Below are positions 45,322 to 52,598 of a stretch of DNA of 54,685 bases, one piece after another. The DNA comes from Puniceicoccales bacterium. GTDB taxonomy: Bacteria > Verrucomicrobiota > Verrucomicrobiia > Opitutales > LL51. The position numbers and the translations under genes were made by a program. The stretch is taken from positions 1 to 54,685 of the forward strand of contig JAIRTH010000019.1 of assembly GCA_031255005.1 (NCBI GenBank), read 5' to 3'. Every line of letters begins with the position of its first letter. Within the stretch, counting starts at the first letter, position 1. The notes beneath the pieces were generated by a model, which saw only the letters and a program-made list of their open reading frames with translations, was not told the origin of the DNA and ran no database searches.

Positions 45322-45903
45322 ATGAAAGCAAAAATATTAATTTTTGGGTTGATGTTGGGATTAGGTATCACTAGTCATGGCTTTTGCGCTAAAACAAAAG
45401 GTAAATGCCATCTGAATGGGACTCAGGATGAAGATGTCTATGTCACTTCAGATATTTTCAATAGGTACGTAAAATATTTCGGATTTTCCTATTGCAACCA
45501 TTTAACTCGGCGAAAGATCGAAACCATGGATTGGTTGATGGAACTATATGTTAATCCAGAAAAGCTAATGGATATGGATAAAAATAATCTCATTAAAATA
45601 TCTGGTGAGATTCAATCCCAAATTGGTCCCCATCTTCGTAGCCTCGATTCGGCTAACGATCCATCTCCTCAGTCTCTATGGCGCCAAATTAATATGAGGA
45701 CCGAATACCTATTTCTGGCGACATTAATGGTACTGAAAAAATATACAAAAAGAAGTTCTATCGATGGCGATCATAACCACTGGGTGGAGTATTTTGATGA
45801 ATTTAATTGCAGTAAATATCAAACTTTGGATGAGCTAATGAATCACGTCAAGGAACTAACCAAAGAGATCGAAGAAATGATGAAAAAAGAGAACAAATTG
45901 TAA
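45322..45903 (+). CDS. orphan exported protein E (193 aa): signal peptide plus a stand-alone copy of the B/C C-terminal module
   Basis: MKAKILIFGLMLGLGITSHG, then KYFGFSYCNHLTRRKIETMDWLMELYVNPEKL...HVKELTKEIEEMMKK, which aligns with the C-terminal regions of ORFs B and C. Confidence 0.6.
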   Translation: MKAKILIFGLMLGLGITSHGFCAKTKGKCHLNGTQDEDVYVTSDIFNRYVKYFGFSYCNHLTRRKIETMDWLMELYVNPEKLMDMDKNNLIKISGEIQSQIGPHLRSLDSANDPSPQSLWRQINMRTEYLFLATLMVLKKYTKRSSIDGDHNHWVEYFDEFNCSKYQTLDELMNHVKELTKEIEEMMKKENKL

Positions 45904-45918
45904 TGATTTATCCATATC

Positions 45919-45994
45919 TGGTGCGAGCGAAGGGGTTCGAACCCTCAACATCCACCTTGGCAAGGTGGCACTCTGCCAATTGAGTTACGCTCGC
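45919..45994 (-). tRNA. tRNA-Gly (anticodon GCC), CCA encoded
   Basis: The reverse complement reads GCGAGCG TA ACTC AATTGGCA GAGT G CCACC TTGCCAA GGTGG ATGTT GAGGG TTCGAAC CCCTT CGCTCGC A CCA. This is a full cloverleaf with anticodon loop TTGCCAA. Confidence 0.95.
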
Positions 45995-46129
45995 AATAAC
46001 TATTCTTAACTTGAAAATTTGACCAATCGCAGTCAAGAACAAATATGTTAACCAAATAACTAATGTACCAAGGCCTGATAATAGATTTTTCGATTCGACT
46101 TTCTCCTCGGAACCATACCATTATTAGCT

Positions 46130-46588
46130 ATGAGTGATGTCACAATTAAATCTAATGGCCATGAATTGATATCACAGTTTTCTGTTGTTCTGGATAGCAA
46201 AATTGGTAGCCTTAATACATTAATGCAACTATTTCATAGCCATGATGAACCTATACTTGGCATTTCGTTGGTCGATCATGAAGACCTGAGCATTGTAAGG
46301 ATTGTGCCGAGTTATCCGGAAGAGGTCAAGGAGCTTCTTATGGCTCATTCTCTAAATTTTGTCGAAAAGAAACTCATCGGCGTAGCACTGCCTTCGGTGC
46401 GCACAGTGGTAGATATAGTCCAAACCATGGCCAATGCCGAAATAAATATAAATTATATCTATCCCATGCTTGTGCAAAAAAATGGATCTGTGGTGGTTGT
46501 CATCAGTGCTGATAATCCTAGAATGACATCTACTGTGTTAAGCAAGATGGGGTTGCTTGTCCTAGGTCAAAATGACATATCTAGATAG
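46130..46588 (+). CDS. ACT-domain protein (two ACT-like halves)
   Basis: 152 aa with two beta-alpha-beta-beta-alpha-beta-like halves (ISQFSVVLDSKIGSLNTLMQLF...SIVRIV and LIGVALPSVRTVVDIVQTMANAEININYIYPM...VVVVIS). Called by pattern only. Confidence 0.55.
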   Translation: MSDVTIKSNGHELISQFSVVLDSKIGSLNTLMQLFHSHDEPILGISLVDHEDLSIVRIVPSYPEEVKELLMAHSLNFVEKKLIGVALPSVRTVVDIVQTMANAEININYIYPMLVQKNGSVVVVISADNPRMTSTVLSKMGLLVLGQNDISR

Positions 46589-46611
46589 ATCATTGGCTTA
46601 TTAAGATTGAC

Positions 46612-47916
46612 ATGTGGCGGTTTATTTGCATAATAAAACCCATGAATGGGTATGGAAAAATGATCGGTTTTAGCCTTTTATCTTTTTTGACGATAGTGGG
46701 CAATACAGATAGTTATGGTAACTCTCATTGCTGTGGTGATAAAGCTATGGATTGTGGAATGATTGATTGCAGCATTGATTGTGACAAATTATGTTCCTAT
46801 GATTCAGGTTGCAACGAGTCAATGAATGGCGTACCATACAATGGTAAAGTGTGTTTCAATGTGCAGAAACATGGAAAAACATGCTATGGTAAAATATGTT
46901 ATGATGTAATATGCTATGATAAATGCCAAAAAAAATGCCAAAAAAAATGCAAGAGCTTCTGTGGAAAATACAAGAATACCAGAAAATGTAAAAAATATGA
47001 AAAAAAATGCAAAGATGACAAAATAGAAAAAATAGTGGAATTATGGATGACTCCACAAAATCACAGCGACAACCTCGATTCGGTGGCCTGTGCAGGTAAT
47101 AGGATCTACGTCACCGCCAAAAATGATCATACCATCCAGATGTACGATGCGAGAAATGGCGTTCCCCTTGGGAGATTTGGCGGTAAGGGCGATGACATGG
47201 GCCAATTAAATAGGCCAAATGGAGTTGCAGCCATTGACAATCTGCTCTTTGTTACCGAAAGAGATAACTCCAGGATTCAGGTATTTTCTATTCCGGATTA
47301 TGCCCATATTTGTACCTTTGGTGAAGATATTCTATTTAGGCCCTATGGTATCTTCGTCTGTAAGGTCGATGACTATTATTTGGTATATATCACCGATGAT
47401 GGTAAGACCAAGAAGTCCGAAAATGATGATGCCCGGAGGATAGTCACCTTTATTTTGGATGAAGAAATGAATCAGATGGATCCATTGCAGTTTGGCATTA
47501 AGGATGAATTTGGTGTCGGAGAATTTGGGAAGCTTGAATCGATCTATGGTAATCTGGATAATAAAACACTGTTGATTGCTGATGAAAAATCTAATGAATT
47601 GAAATTATATTCTTTTGATGGTGAATATCTTAATAAAAAAATTAACAGCGAATTCTTTTCCCAAGGAGACCCAGAAGGTGTATGGTTTTTCAAAAAAGAC
47701 GGACGATCCTATTGGCTTGCTGTGGAGCAAAGAAAAAAGAAAACAACCATATTTCATGTTTTTGATGCTCAAACTCTCGCGCATGTAAAATCCTTCTCAG
47801 GCATATACACAAAGAATACAGACGGCATATGCATCAGTGAAATGAATGGTAGATTGATTTTGTATGCAGTTAATGATGACCAGGCAGTGACAGCGTTTTC
47901 ATTGGACTTCATATAG
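46612..47916 (+). CDS. exported protein with a Cys/Lys-rich N-terminal region and an NHL- or phytase-like beta-propeller
   Basis: Signal-like MIGFSLLSFLTIVG (the real start may be ATG 46642 or 46660). By my count, about 17 Cys lie between 46720 and 47023 (CQKKCQKKCKSFCGKYKNTRKCKKYEKKC). Propeller-blade-like repeats follow (GQLNRPNGVAAIDNLLFVTERDNSRIQVFS; LLIADEKSNELKLYSFDG; GDPEGVWFFKKDGRSYWLAVEQ). Confidence 0.55.
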   Translation: MWRFICIIKPMNGYGKMIGFSLLSFLTIVGNTDSYGNSHCCGDKAMDCGMIDCSIDCDKLCSYDSGCNESMNGVPYNGKVCFNVQKHGKTCYGKICYDVICYDKCQKKCQKKCKSFCGKYKNTRKCKKYEKKCKDDKIEKIVELWMTPQNHSDNLDSVACAGNRIYVTAKNDHTIQMYDARNGVPLGRFGGKGDDMGQLNRPNGVAAIDNLLFVTERDNSRIQVFSIPDYAHICTFGEDILFRPYGIFVCKVDDYYLVYITDDGKTKKSENDDARRIVTFILDEEMNQMDPLQFGIKDEFGVGEFGKLESIYGNLDNKTLLIADEKSNELKLYSFDGEYLNKKINSEFFSQGDPEGVWFFKKDGRSYWLAVEQRKKKTTIFHVFDAQTLAHVKSFSGIYTKNTDGICISEMNGRLILYAVNDDQAVTAFSLDFI

Positions 47917-47986
47917 ATCAGTACAAATGTAAGAATTTTGTAAATATTCATTGCGAATGGATTTTTTTGTGTAAAATATAAGTAAT

Positions 47987-49120
47987 ATGTATTTATGGTA
48001 TAGAGTCTTATTGGTCACATGTCTATGGTTTGCGGTAAATTGTAAAGCCGAAGTAGAATTAACTATAAAAACAGAAAATGATGAAGAAATTAGGTTAGAT
48101 AATATAGAGCTACATAGTAAGAGGATTAATAAGTTATTAAAAACCTATAACCGAGTAGTCGTAAAAATTCCTTTCGAATATAAGAAAGCATTGCCACTGG
48201 CGATGGCAGCGTTTTACCAGAATATAGAAGGAAATTCTAATATAGAACTAGATATGTCAAATTTATCCACAGATGATAATCTTTTCACTGAAGATTATTA
48301 TGAAAATTTAGGTCTTAATTTTATTAGCCATAACCATATTATAGATCTCAGTCATGCAATTGACGAAAAACCAGTGGTATTCATTATCAAAGATGAGCAT
48401 ATTAGCTCTTTCATCAAGAAAAAGAAGAGTTCGCGCCTATGCAATATTCCATCTGTTGGAGATGAAAATCAATCTAATATACTCAGTAAATTTGAGGGCC
48501 TAGATGATGCCATCTGGTTATTGAAATTTAATAATAGTTTAATCGATGGTGACCTATGTATTCTGATTAAAGACCATAAAGTGCCTGATCAGGATACACC
48601 GGAGGAAGTTTTCAATAACTATGAAGATAATGTTAGCGATGAGTATGACGAACCCAGTGAAGAATTGTCAGAAAACGAAAGCTATATGAGGCAAAGACCA
48701 AAAAAAACAATACATAAATATTTCAATGAGGAAGACCAGCCCCATGATTCATGGTATTCAGTCAAAAAGACCATGCAGGTATTGGGATCGGATGCGGCCA
48801 AAAAATGTTATATCGGTGTTGGTACCATGATTGGTGTCATGGCATTGTATTGCTATTATCCAAAAATTGTCTCAGTAACTTGTAAAATTTTTGATAAAAT
48901 CACTTCGGCTTCGAAGTGCGGTATGATTTCTATTTATGATGGATATAAATCAATATACAATTTTATTGGAAATTTGTTGTGCCGACCGGATGATGGCAAA
49001 TCAAAATCCGCAAATGAGTCTGCAAATGAGTCTGCAAATGAGTTCATATATAAATCAGGATCCATAGATAATCCTGACGGAACATTTATATGTACAAGGT
49101 GTAAAAAGGTTTATAAATGA
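47987..49120 (+). CDS. orphan exported/membrane protein F (377 aa)
   Basis: Signal-like VLLVTCLWFAVNCKAEV; acidic tract PEEVFNNYEDNVSDEYDEPSEELSENES; one hydrophobic segment KKCYIGVGTMIGVMALYCYY; 12-bp tandem repeat gcaaatgagtct x about 3 at 49010-49045 (ANES ANES ANEF); C-terminal CTRC. Confidence 0.6.
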   Translation: MYLWYRVLLVTCLWFAVNCKAEVELTIKTENDEEIRLDNIELHSKRINKLLKTYNRVVVKIPFEYKKALPLAMAAFYQNIEGNSNIELDMSNLSTDDNLFTEDYYENLGLNFISHNHIIDLSHAIDEKPVVFIIKDEHISSFIKKKKSSRLCNIPSVGDENQSNILSKFEGLDDAIWLLKFNNSLIDGDLCILIKDHKVPDQDTPEEVFNNYEDNVSDEYDEPSEELSENESYMRQRPKKTIHKYFNEEDQPHDSWYSVKKTMQVLGSDAAKKCYIGVGTMIGVMALYCYYPKIVSVTCKIFDKITSASKCGMISIYDGYKSIYNFIGNLLCRPDDGKSKSANESANESANEFIYKSGSIDNPDGTFICTRCKKVYK

Positions 49121-49201
49121 TTTTGTAATTTTATTATTAACAATGATTTGAAATAGATTGGAGTTCTGATACTAACGAAGTTTTGTTAGCTGCATAATCC
49201 A

Positions 49202-51187
49202 ATGGATGTTATAGATTTTTTTTTCACATTATTATCGGGGAGAAGAGGAATGTCTGATCTTTTTAATAAAATTCCAAGAGGCACGTTGTCTAAAAGTTCT
49301 CTTGCGAATATCAAAGAATGGTATGGCTGTGAAAATTCTTCAAGAACTGTCCGAGAATCGATCGTTGAACTGGTTGATGCCGGTGAGTTCAATGAACTTA
49401 ACGATAGGTTTTTTAAGACACTTAATTTCGGGACCGGAGGTATCCGTGGTCGTACCGTGGGTGATCGCATCACCATGGCCGAACTTGGCAATGGTGTCAA
49501 TACCTCGCCAGAATTTCCAGCCATTGGCAGTGCATGCTTAAATCACTTCAACGTGGTTCGGGCCACAGCTGCATTGCATAAATATTGTAAAAAGGCAGCG
49601 GCATCCCAGCGGCGCGAGATGCTGTTAATTGTGGCCTATGATGTGAGGCTTTTTTCGAAATGGTTTGCCGAGATTACTGCCAAAACCTGGGAGTATCTCG
49701 GTGGTCAGGCCATGGTTTTTGCCGGACCGAGATCCACGCCTCAGTTGAGTTTTTCGGTTAGATATTTCAAGGCCATTGCCGGAGTGGTAATCACAGCCAG
49801 TCATAATCCCTATCATGACAATGGCTATAAGGCTTACTTTGCCGATGGTGCCCAGGTAATTGATCCCCATGCTGCTGCCATAATAAAGAATTTTTCACAG
49901 CTAAAGCTGTCGGATAGCATGACCATGTTTAAAGCCATAGAGGGCAGAAATTTTTCAAATATAATAGATCCAAAGGCCGAAGAAGCCTATATGGCCGTGG
50001 TGAAAGATTCGGTTCTGGATGTGGATTCGATAAAAAAATGTACCAGAAAAATTGTTTTTACACCACTGCATGGTACCGGAGATGTGATAACTGTTCCTGT
50101 TTTAAAATCTCTTGGAATGAAAGTCATTTGTGTTGAAGAGCAAATGGTCCATGATCCACTATTTAGCACCGTTAAGTCTCCAAATCCAGAAAATTTCGAT
50201 TCATTGAGGCTTGCCATTGATCAGGCCAAAGCCGTTGGCGCCGATGTGGTGATAGCAACGGATCCGGATGCTGATCGCATGGCCATTGCTGCCAGAAATA
50301 ATGACGGAGAATTTGAAAAATTTTCTGGAAATATGACCGGAGCTCTTCTGCTCGAGCATCGGATTAGAAAGATGAAAGAGCTGGGGATTTTGCCAAAAAA
50401 TGGTGCCAAAAATGCTGTGGTATTGAAAACCTTTGTCACCACTCCTCTGGTCGAAAAGATAGCGCTGGATCATGGCTTGAAGTGCATAAATACGCTCACG
50501 GGATTTAAATGGCTTGGCAATAAAATTAATAGCTATGCACAGCGGTTAATGGAAAAACTAGGCGATGGCCATGTGGATTATGACCATATTGAAATAGGGG
50601 AAAGGAGAAAACTTTTGCTCCAGCATAGCCAGTTCTATGTCTTTGGTTGTGAAGAGAGTTATGGTTGTTTGGTCAGCGATGTGGTTAGGGATAAGGATGC
50701 CAATGCTGCCGCGGCGATGGTCTGCGAAATGATGACGGATCTTGGCAAAAAAACGTTGATAGATTTTCGCGATGAGATTTATAATACCTATGGCTATTAC
50801 GACGATATATTATTAAACATATACTATGAAGGTGCCAGTGGAGTGGAGAAAATCAGAAATATTTTGAATTCCTATAGAAAAAATCCACCGGAGACAGTAG
50901 CTGGGCGAACTGTGGTCAAGATTCGTGATTTTTTAAAGAGCTCTATCTTTGATGCCGATGGTTGTAAAGTACCTCGGGAAGATTTTCTGTTTCTGGAGTT
51001 AGAAAATGGCGATGCCTATGCTGTTAGAGCAAGTGGTACCGAACCGAAGATAAAGTTTTATATATTTTGCAGTACCACTGCCATGGATTCTGAAATGACT
51101 GTCAATGGTGTAAATAGAGTAAAATCCAGATTGGATTCGCTAAAAAATTTTTTGGAAGCAGATGCGGAAAAGCGTTCCATGGATTAG
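49202..51187 (+). CDS. pgm: phosphoglucomutase/phosphomannomutase-family phosphohexomutase
   Basis: Active-site loop VITASHNPYHDNGYK, metal loop ATDPDADR, sugar loop GCEESYG, and phosphate-binding VRASGTEPKIKFY. The start may be the Met at 49250. Confidence 0.85.
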   Translation: MDVIDFFFTLLSGRRGMSDLFNKIPRGTLSKSSLANIKEWYGCENSSRTVRESIVELVDAGEFNELNDRFFKTLNFGTGGIRGRTVGDRITMAELGNGVNTSPEFPAIGSACLNHFNVVRATAALHKYCKKAAASQRREMLLIVAYDVRLFSKWFAEITAKTWEYLGGQAMVFAGPRSTPQLSFSVRYFKAIAGVVITASHNPYHDNGYKAYFADGAQVIDPHAAAIIKNFSQLKLSDSMTMFKAIEGRNFSNIIDPKAEEAYMAVVKDSVLDVDSIKKCTRKIVFTPLHGTGDVITVPVLKSLGMKVICVEEQMVHDPLFSTVKSPNPENFDSLRLAIDQAKAVGADVVIATDPDADRMAIAARNNDGEFEKFSGNMTGALLLEHRIRKMKELGILPKNGAKNAVVLKTFVTTPLVEKIALDHGLKCINTLTGFKWLGNKINSYAQRLMEKLGDGHVDYDHIEIGERRKLLLQHSQFYVFGCEESYGCLVSDVVRDKDANAAAAMVCEMMTDLGKKTLIDFRDEIYNTYGYYDDILLNIYYEGASGVEKIRNILNSYRKNPPETVAGRTVVKIRDFLKSSIFDADGCKVPREDFLFLELENGDAYAVRASGTEPKIKFYIFCSTTAMDSEMTVNGVNRVKSRLDSLKNFLEADAEKRSMD

Positions 51188-51231
51188 GATTAAAATTGTT
51201 TTACCTTTTTAATAAACTTTGGCTCTTTCTC

Positions 51232-51260
51232 TTGACCTGATAGTAAAGTTTCCTTAGAAA
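51232..51260 (+). promoter_or_regulatory. candidate sigma70-type promoter for tRNA-Ser
   Basis: TTGACC (51232-51237), a 17-nt spacer, then TAGAAA (51255-51260), 10 nt upstream of the mature tRNA 5' end. Motif match only. Confidence 0.3.
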
Positions 51261-51270
51261 TGGGCAGTTC

Positions 51271-51363
51271 GGAGAGATGGCTGAGTGGTCGAAAGCGCCT
51301 TCCTGCTAAGAAGGTAGCCTTATAAAACGGGGCTCGAGGGTTCGAATCCCTCTCTCTCCGCCA
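51271..51363 (+). tRNA. tRNA-Ser (anticodon GCT), long variable arm, CCA encoded
   Basis: Acceptor GGAGAGA pairs with TCTCTCC; anticodon stem-loop CCTTC CTGCTAA GAAGG; variable arm AGCC...GGCT; T arm GAGGG TTCGAAT CCCTC; ends GCCA. Confidence 0.95.
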
Positions 51364-51465
51364 GTGTCTAATTTTTAACGAATAAGTGTTTGAGAATTGT
51401 AAATCGTTTTGAGATGTATAAATTATAATTGACGTTGTGGTAATATCTCTATTCAATAAAAGGCT

Positions 51466-52515
51466 ATGGACGCAAAAAATGTTTTATTAATATCTCTGTT
51501 AGGATTAACGAATGTTTGTGATTGTCAGGCTAGATGCCCGTTAGTAGAGCGGAGCTATGATGAATTATCGTGTTATGATATTGATGATAGCATCAGTGAG
51601 CCGGTGGACCGTAATTTATATAGTCTTACCTATGGCATATTTGGCGTTCTAGATTTAGAGACTTTAGATGAGTGTGTGTTATATTTTATAGAAGAAAAAG
51701 CTGGTGTTCTCAGCGATGATCTGTGTGAAAATTTAGAAATTGATTGGAAATATATAGTAAAATACATCTTTTGTGAGACGAAAACAGTAGACAATATTAA
51801 TGAGCTTGTAGATAAAGCAATTTATAAGCTGAATCCTGCTATGGACCCTGAATTAGCGGAATATTCTCAATCTGTAGTAAGTGAATGTGAAAGTCTATAC
51901 AATGAATTGATAGAGGGATTAAGTCATGATGAATATCAAGCCTATATCAATAAGCATGATCTGCATTTGAATAAGCTTTCGGGTGGTCTATCTATGTCTC
52001 GAGATTTAACTACATTGCGTAAAGTTGTAAACATTCTTGTGGCCAAAAAAGACAATATGCCTGGTTATTGTATGCCAGAAAATGAGAATGTTGACTGGGA
52101 GGCTGTGCTAAGATATCTTTTTAATGTATTAAGAAAAAATCATACTATTTATAGTCTTATGCATCGAATGGTTGAAGATCTTGATTCCCGGTATCCGTCT
52201 TTGTATAATGAACTTGTAAGAGAATGTGATGAGAATGAATTTCAGTTATACCGCAAAATAACGGATATGAATGATAGCATGATTGATTATGGTTTTTCAT
52301 GCGAAAATGACGATTCTTTCAATGGAAAAATTAAAATTTTATTGGAAAATATTTTAATTCATGCAACCGATGAGAATAGATTAAATAATATTTCGAAAGA
52401 TATAATATTAGATTATATTCAAAATAAAGATGTAGTGCTCTATAATGAATTACAAAATAGAATCAATGAAATTAGAGAAATGCTTAAAATCCATGGAGGA
52501 TTGATAATTTTTTAA
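51466..52515 (+). CDS. orphan exported protein G (349 aa), acidic, with three internal LYNEL-ending repeats
   Basis: N-terminus MDAKNVLLISLLGLTNVCDC. Repeat anchors are ESLYNELIEGLSHDEYQAY, PSLYNELVRECDENEFQLY and VVLYNELQNRINEI. The N-terminus is paralogous to the partial ORF at 54621. Confidence 0.6.
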   Translation: MDAKNVLLISLLGLTNVCDCQARCPLVERSYDELSCYDIDDSISEPVDRNLYSLTYGIFGVLDLETLDECVLYFIEEKAGVLSDDLCENLEIDWKYIVKYIFCETKTVDNINELVDKAIYKLNPAMDPELAEYSQSVVSECESLYNELIEGLSHDEYQAYINKHDLHLNKLSGGLSMSRDLTTLRKVVNILVAKKDNMPGYCMPENENVDWEAVLRYLFNVLRKNHTIYSLMHRMVEDLDSRYPSLYNELVRECDENEFQLYRKITDMNDSMIDYGFSCENDDSFNGKIKILLENILIHATDENRLNNISKDIILDYIQNKDVVLYNELQNRINEIREMLKIHGGLIIF

Positions 52516-52598
52516 TTATTATCAAATTTACACCATTAATATTTTCATTACTGACGTTATAAATTGACATAGCTATCACTTATATTAGGATTAGTTTT

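Noticed and set aside
47947-47968. Weak hairpin (ttcatt gcg aatgga) plus T7 run after the propeller gene as a terminator
   Set aside because: The stem is only 6 bp including one G-U pair, with a 3-nt loop. That is too weak to call a feature with confidence, although the T-run is suggestive.
36898-49045. Possible CRISPR array suggested by several short direct repeats
   Set aside because: All repeats are head-to-tail or in-frame inside long ORFs (96, 21, 12 and 33 bp units), without unique spacers of regular length, and no cas genes are present. They are coding mini- and microsatellites.
51190-51456. 88-aa minus-strand ORF in the ORF track
   Set aside because: It lies directly across tRNA-Ser(GCT) (51271-51363) and its flanks. 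The tRNA cloverleaf explains the sequence, and the ORF has no coding features.
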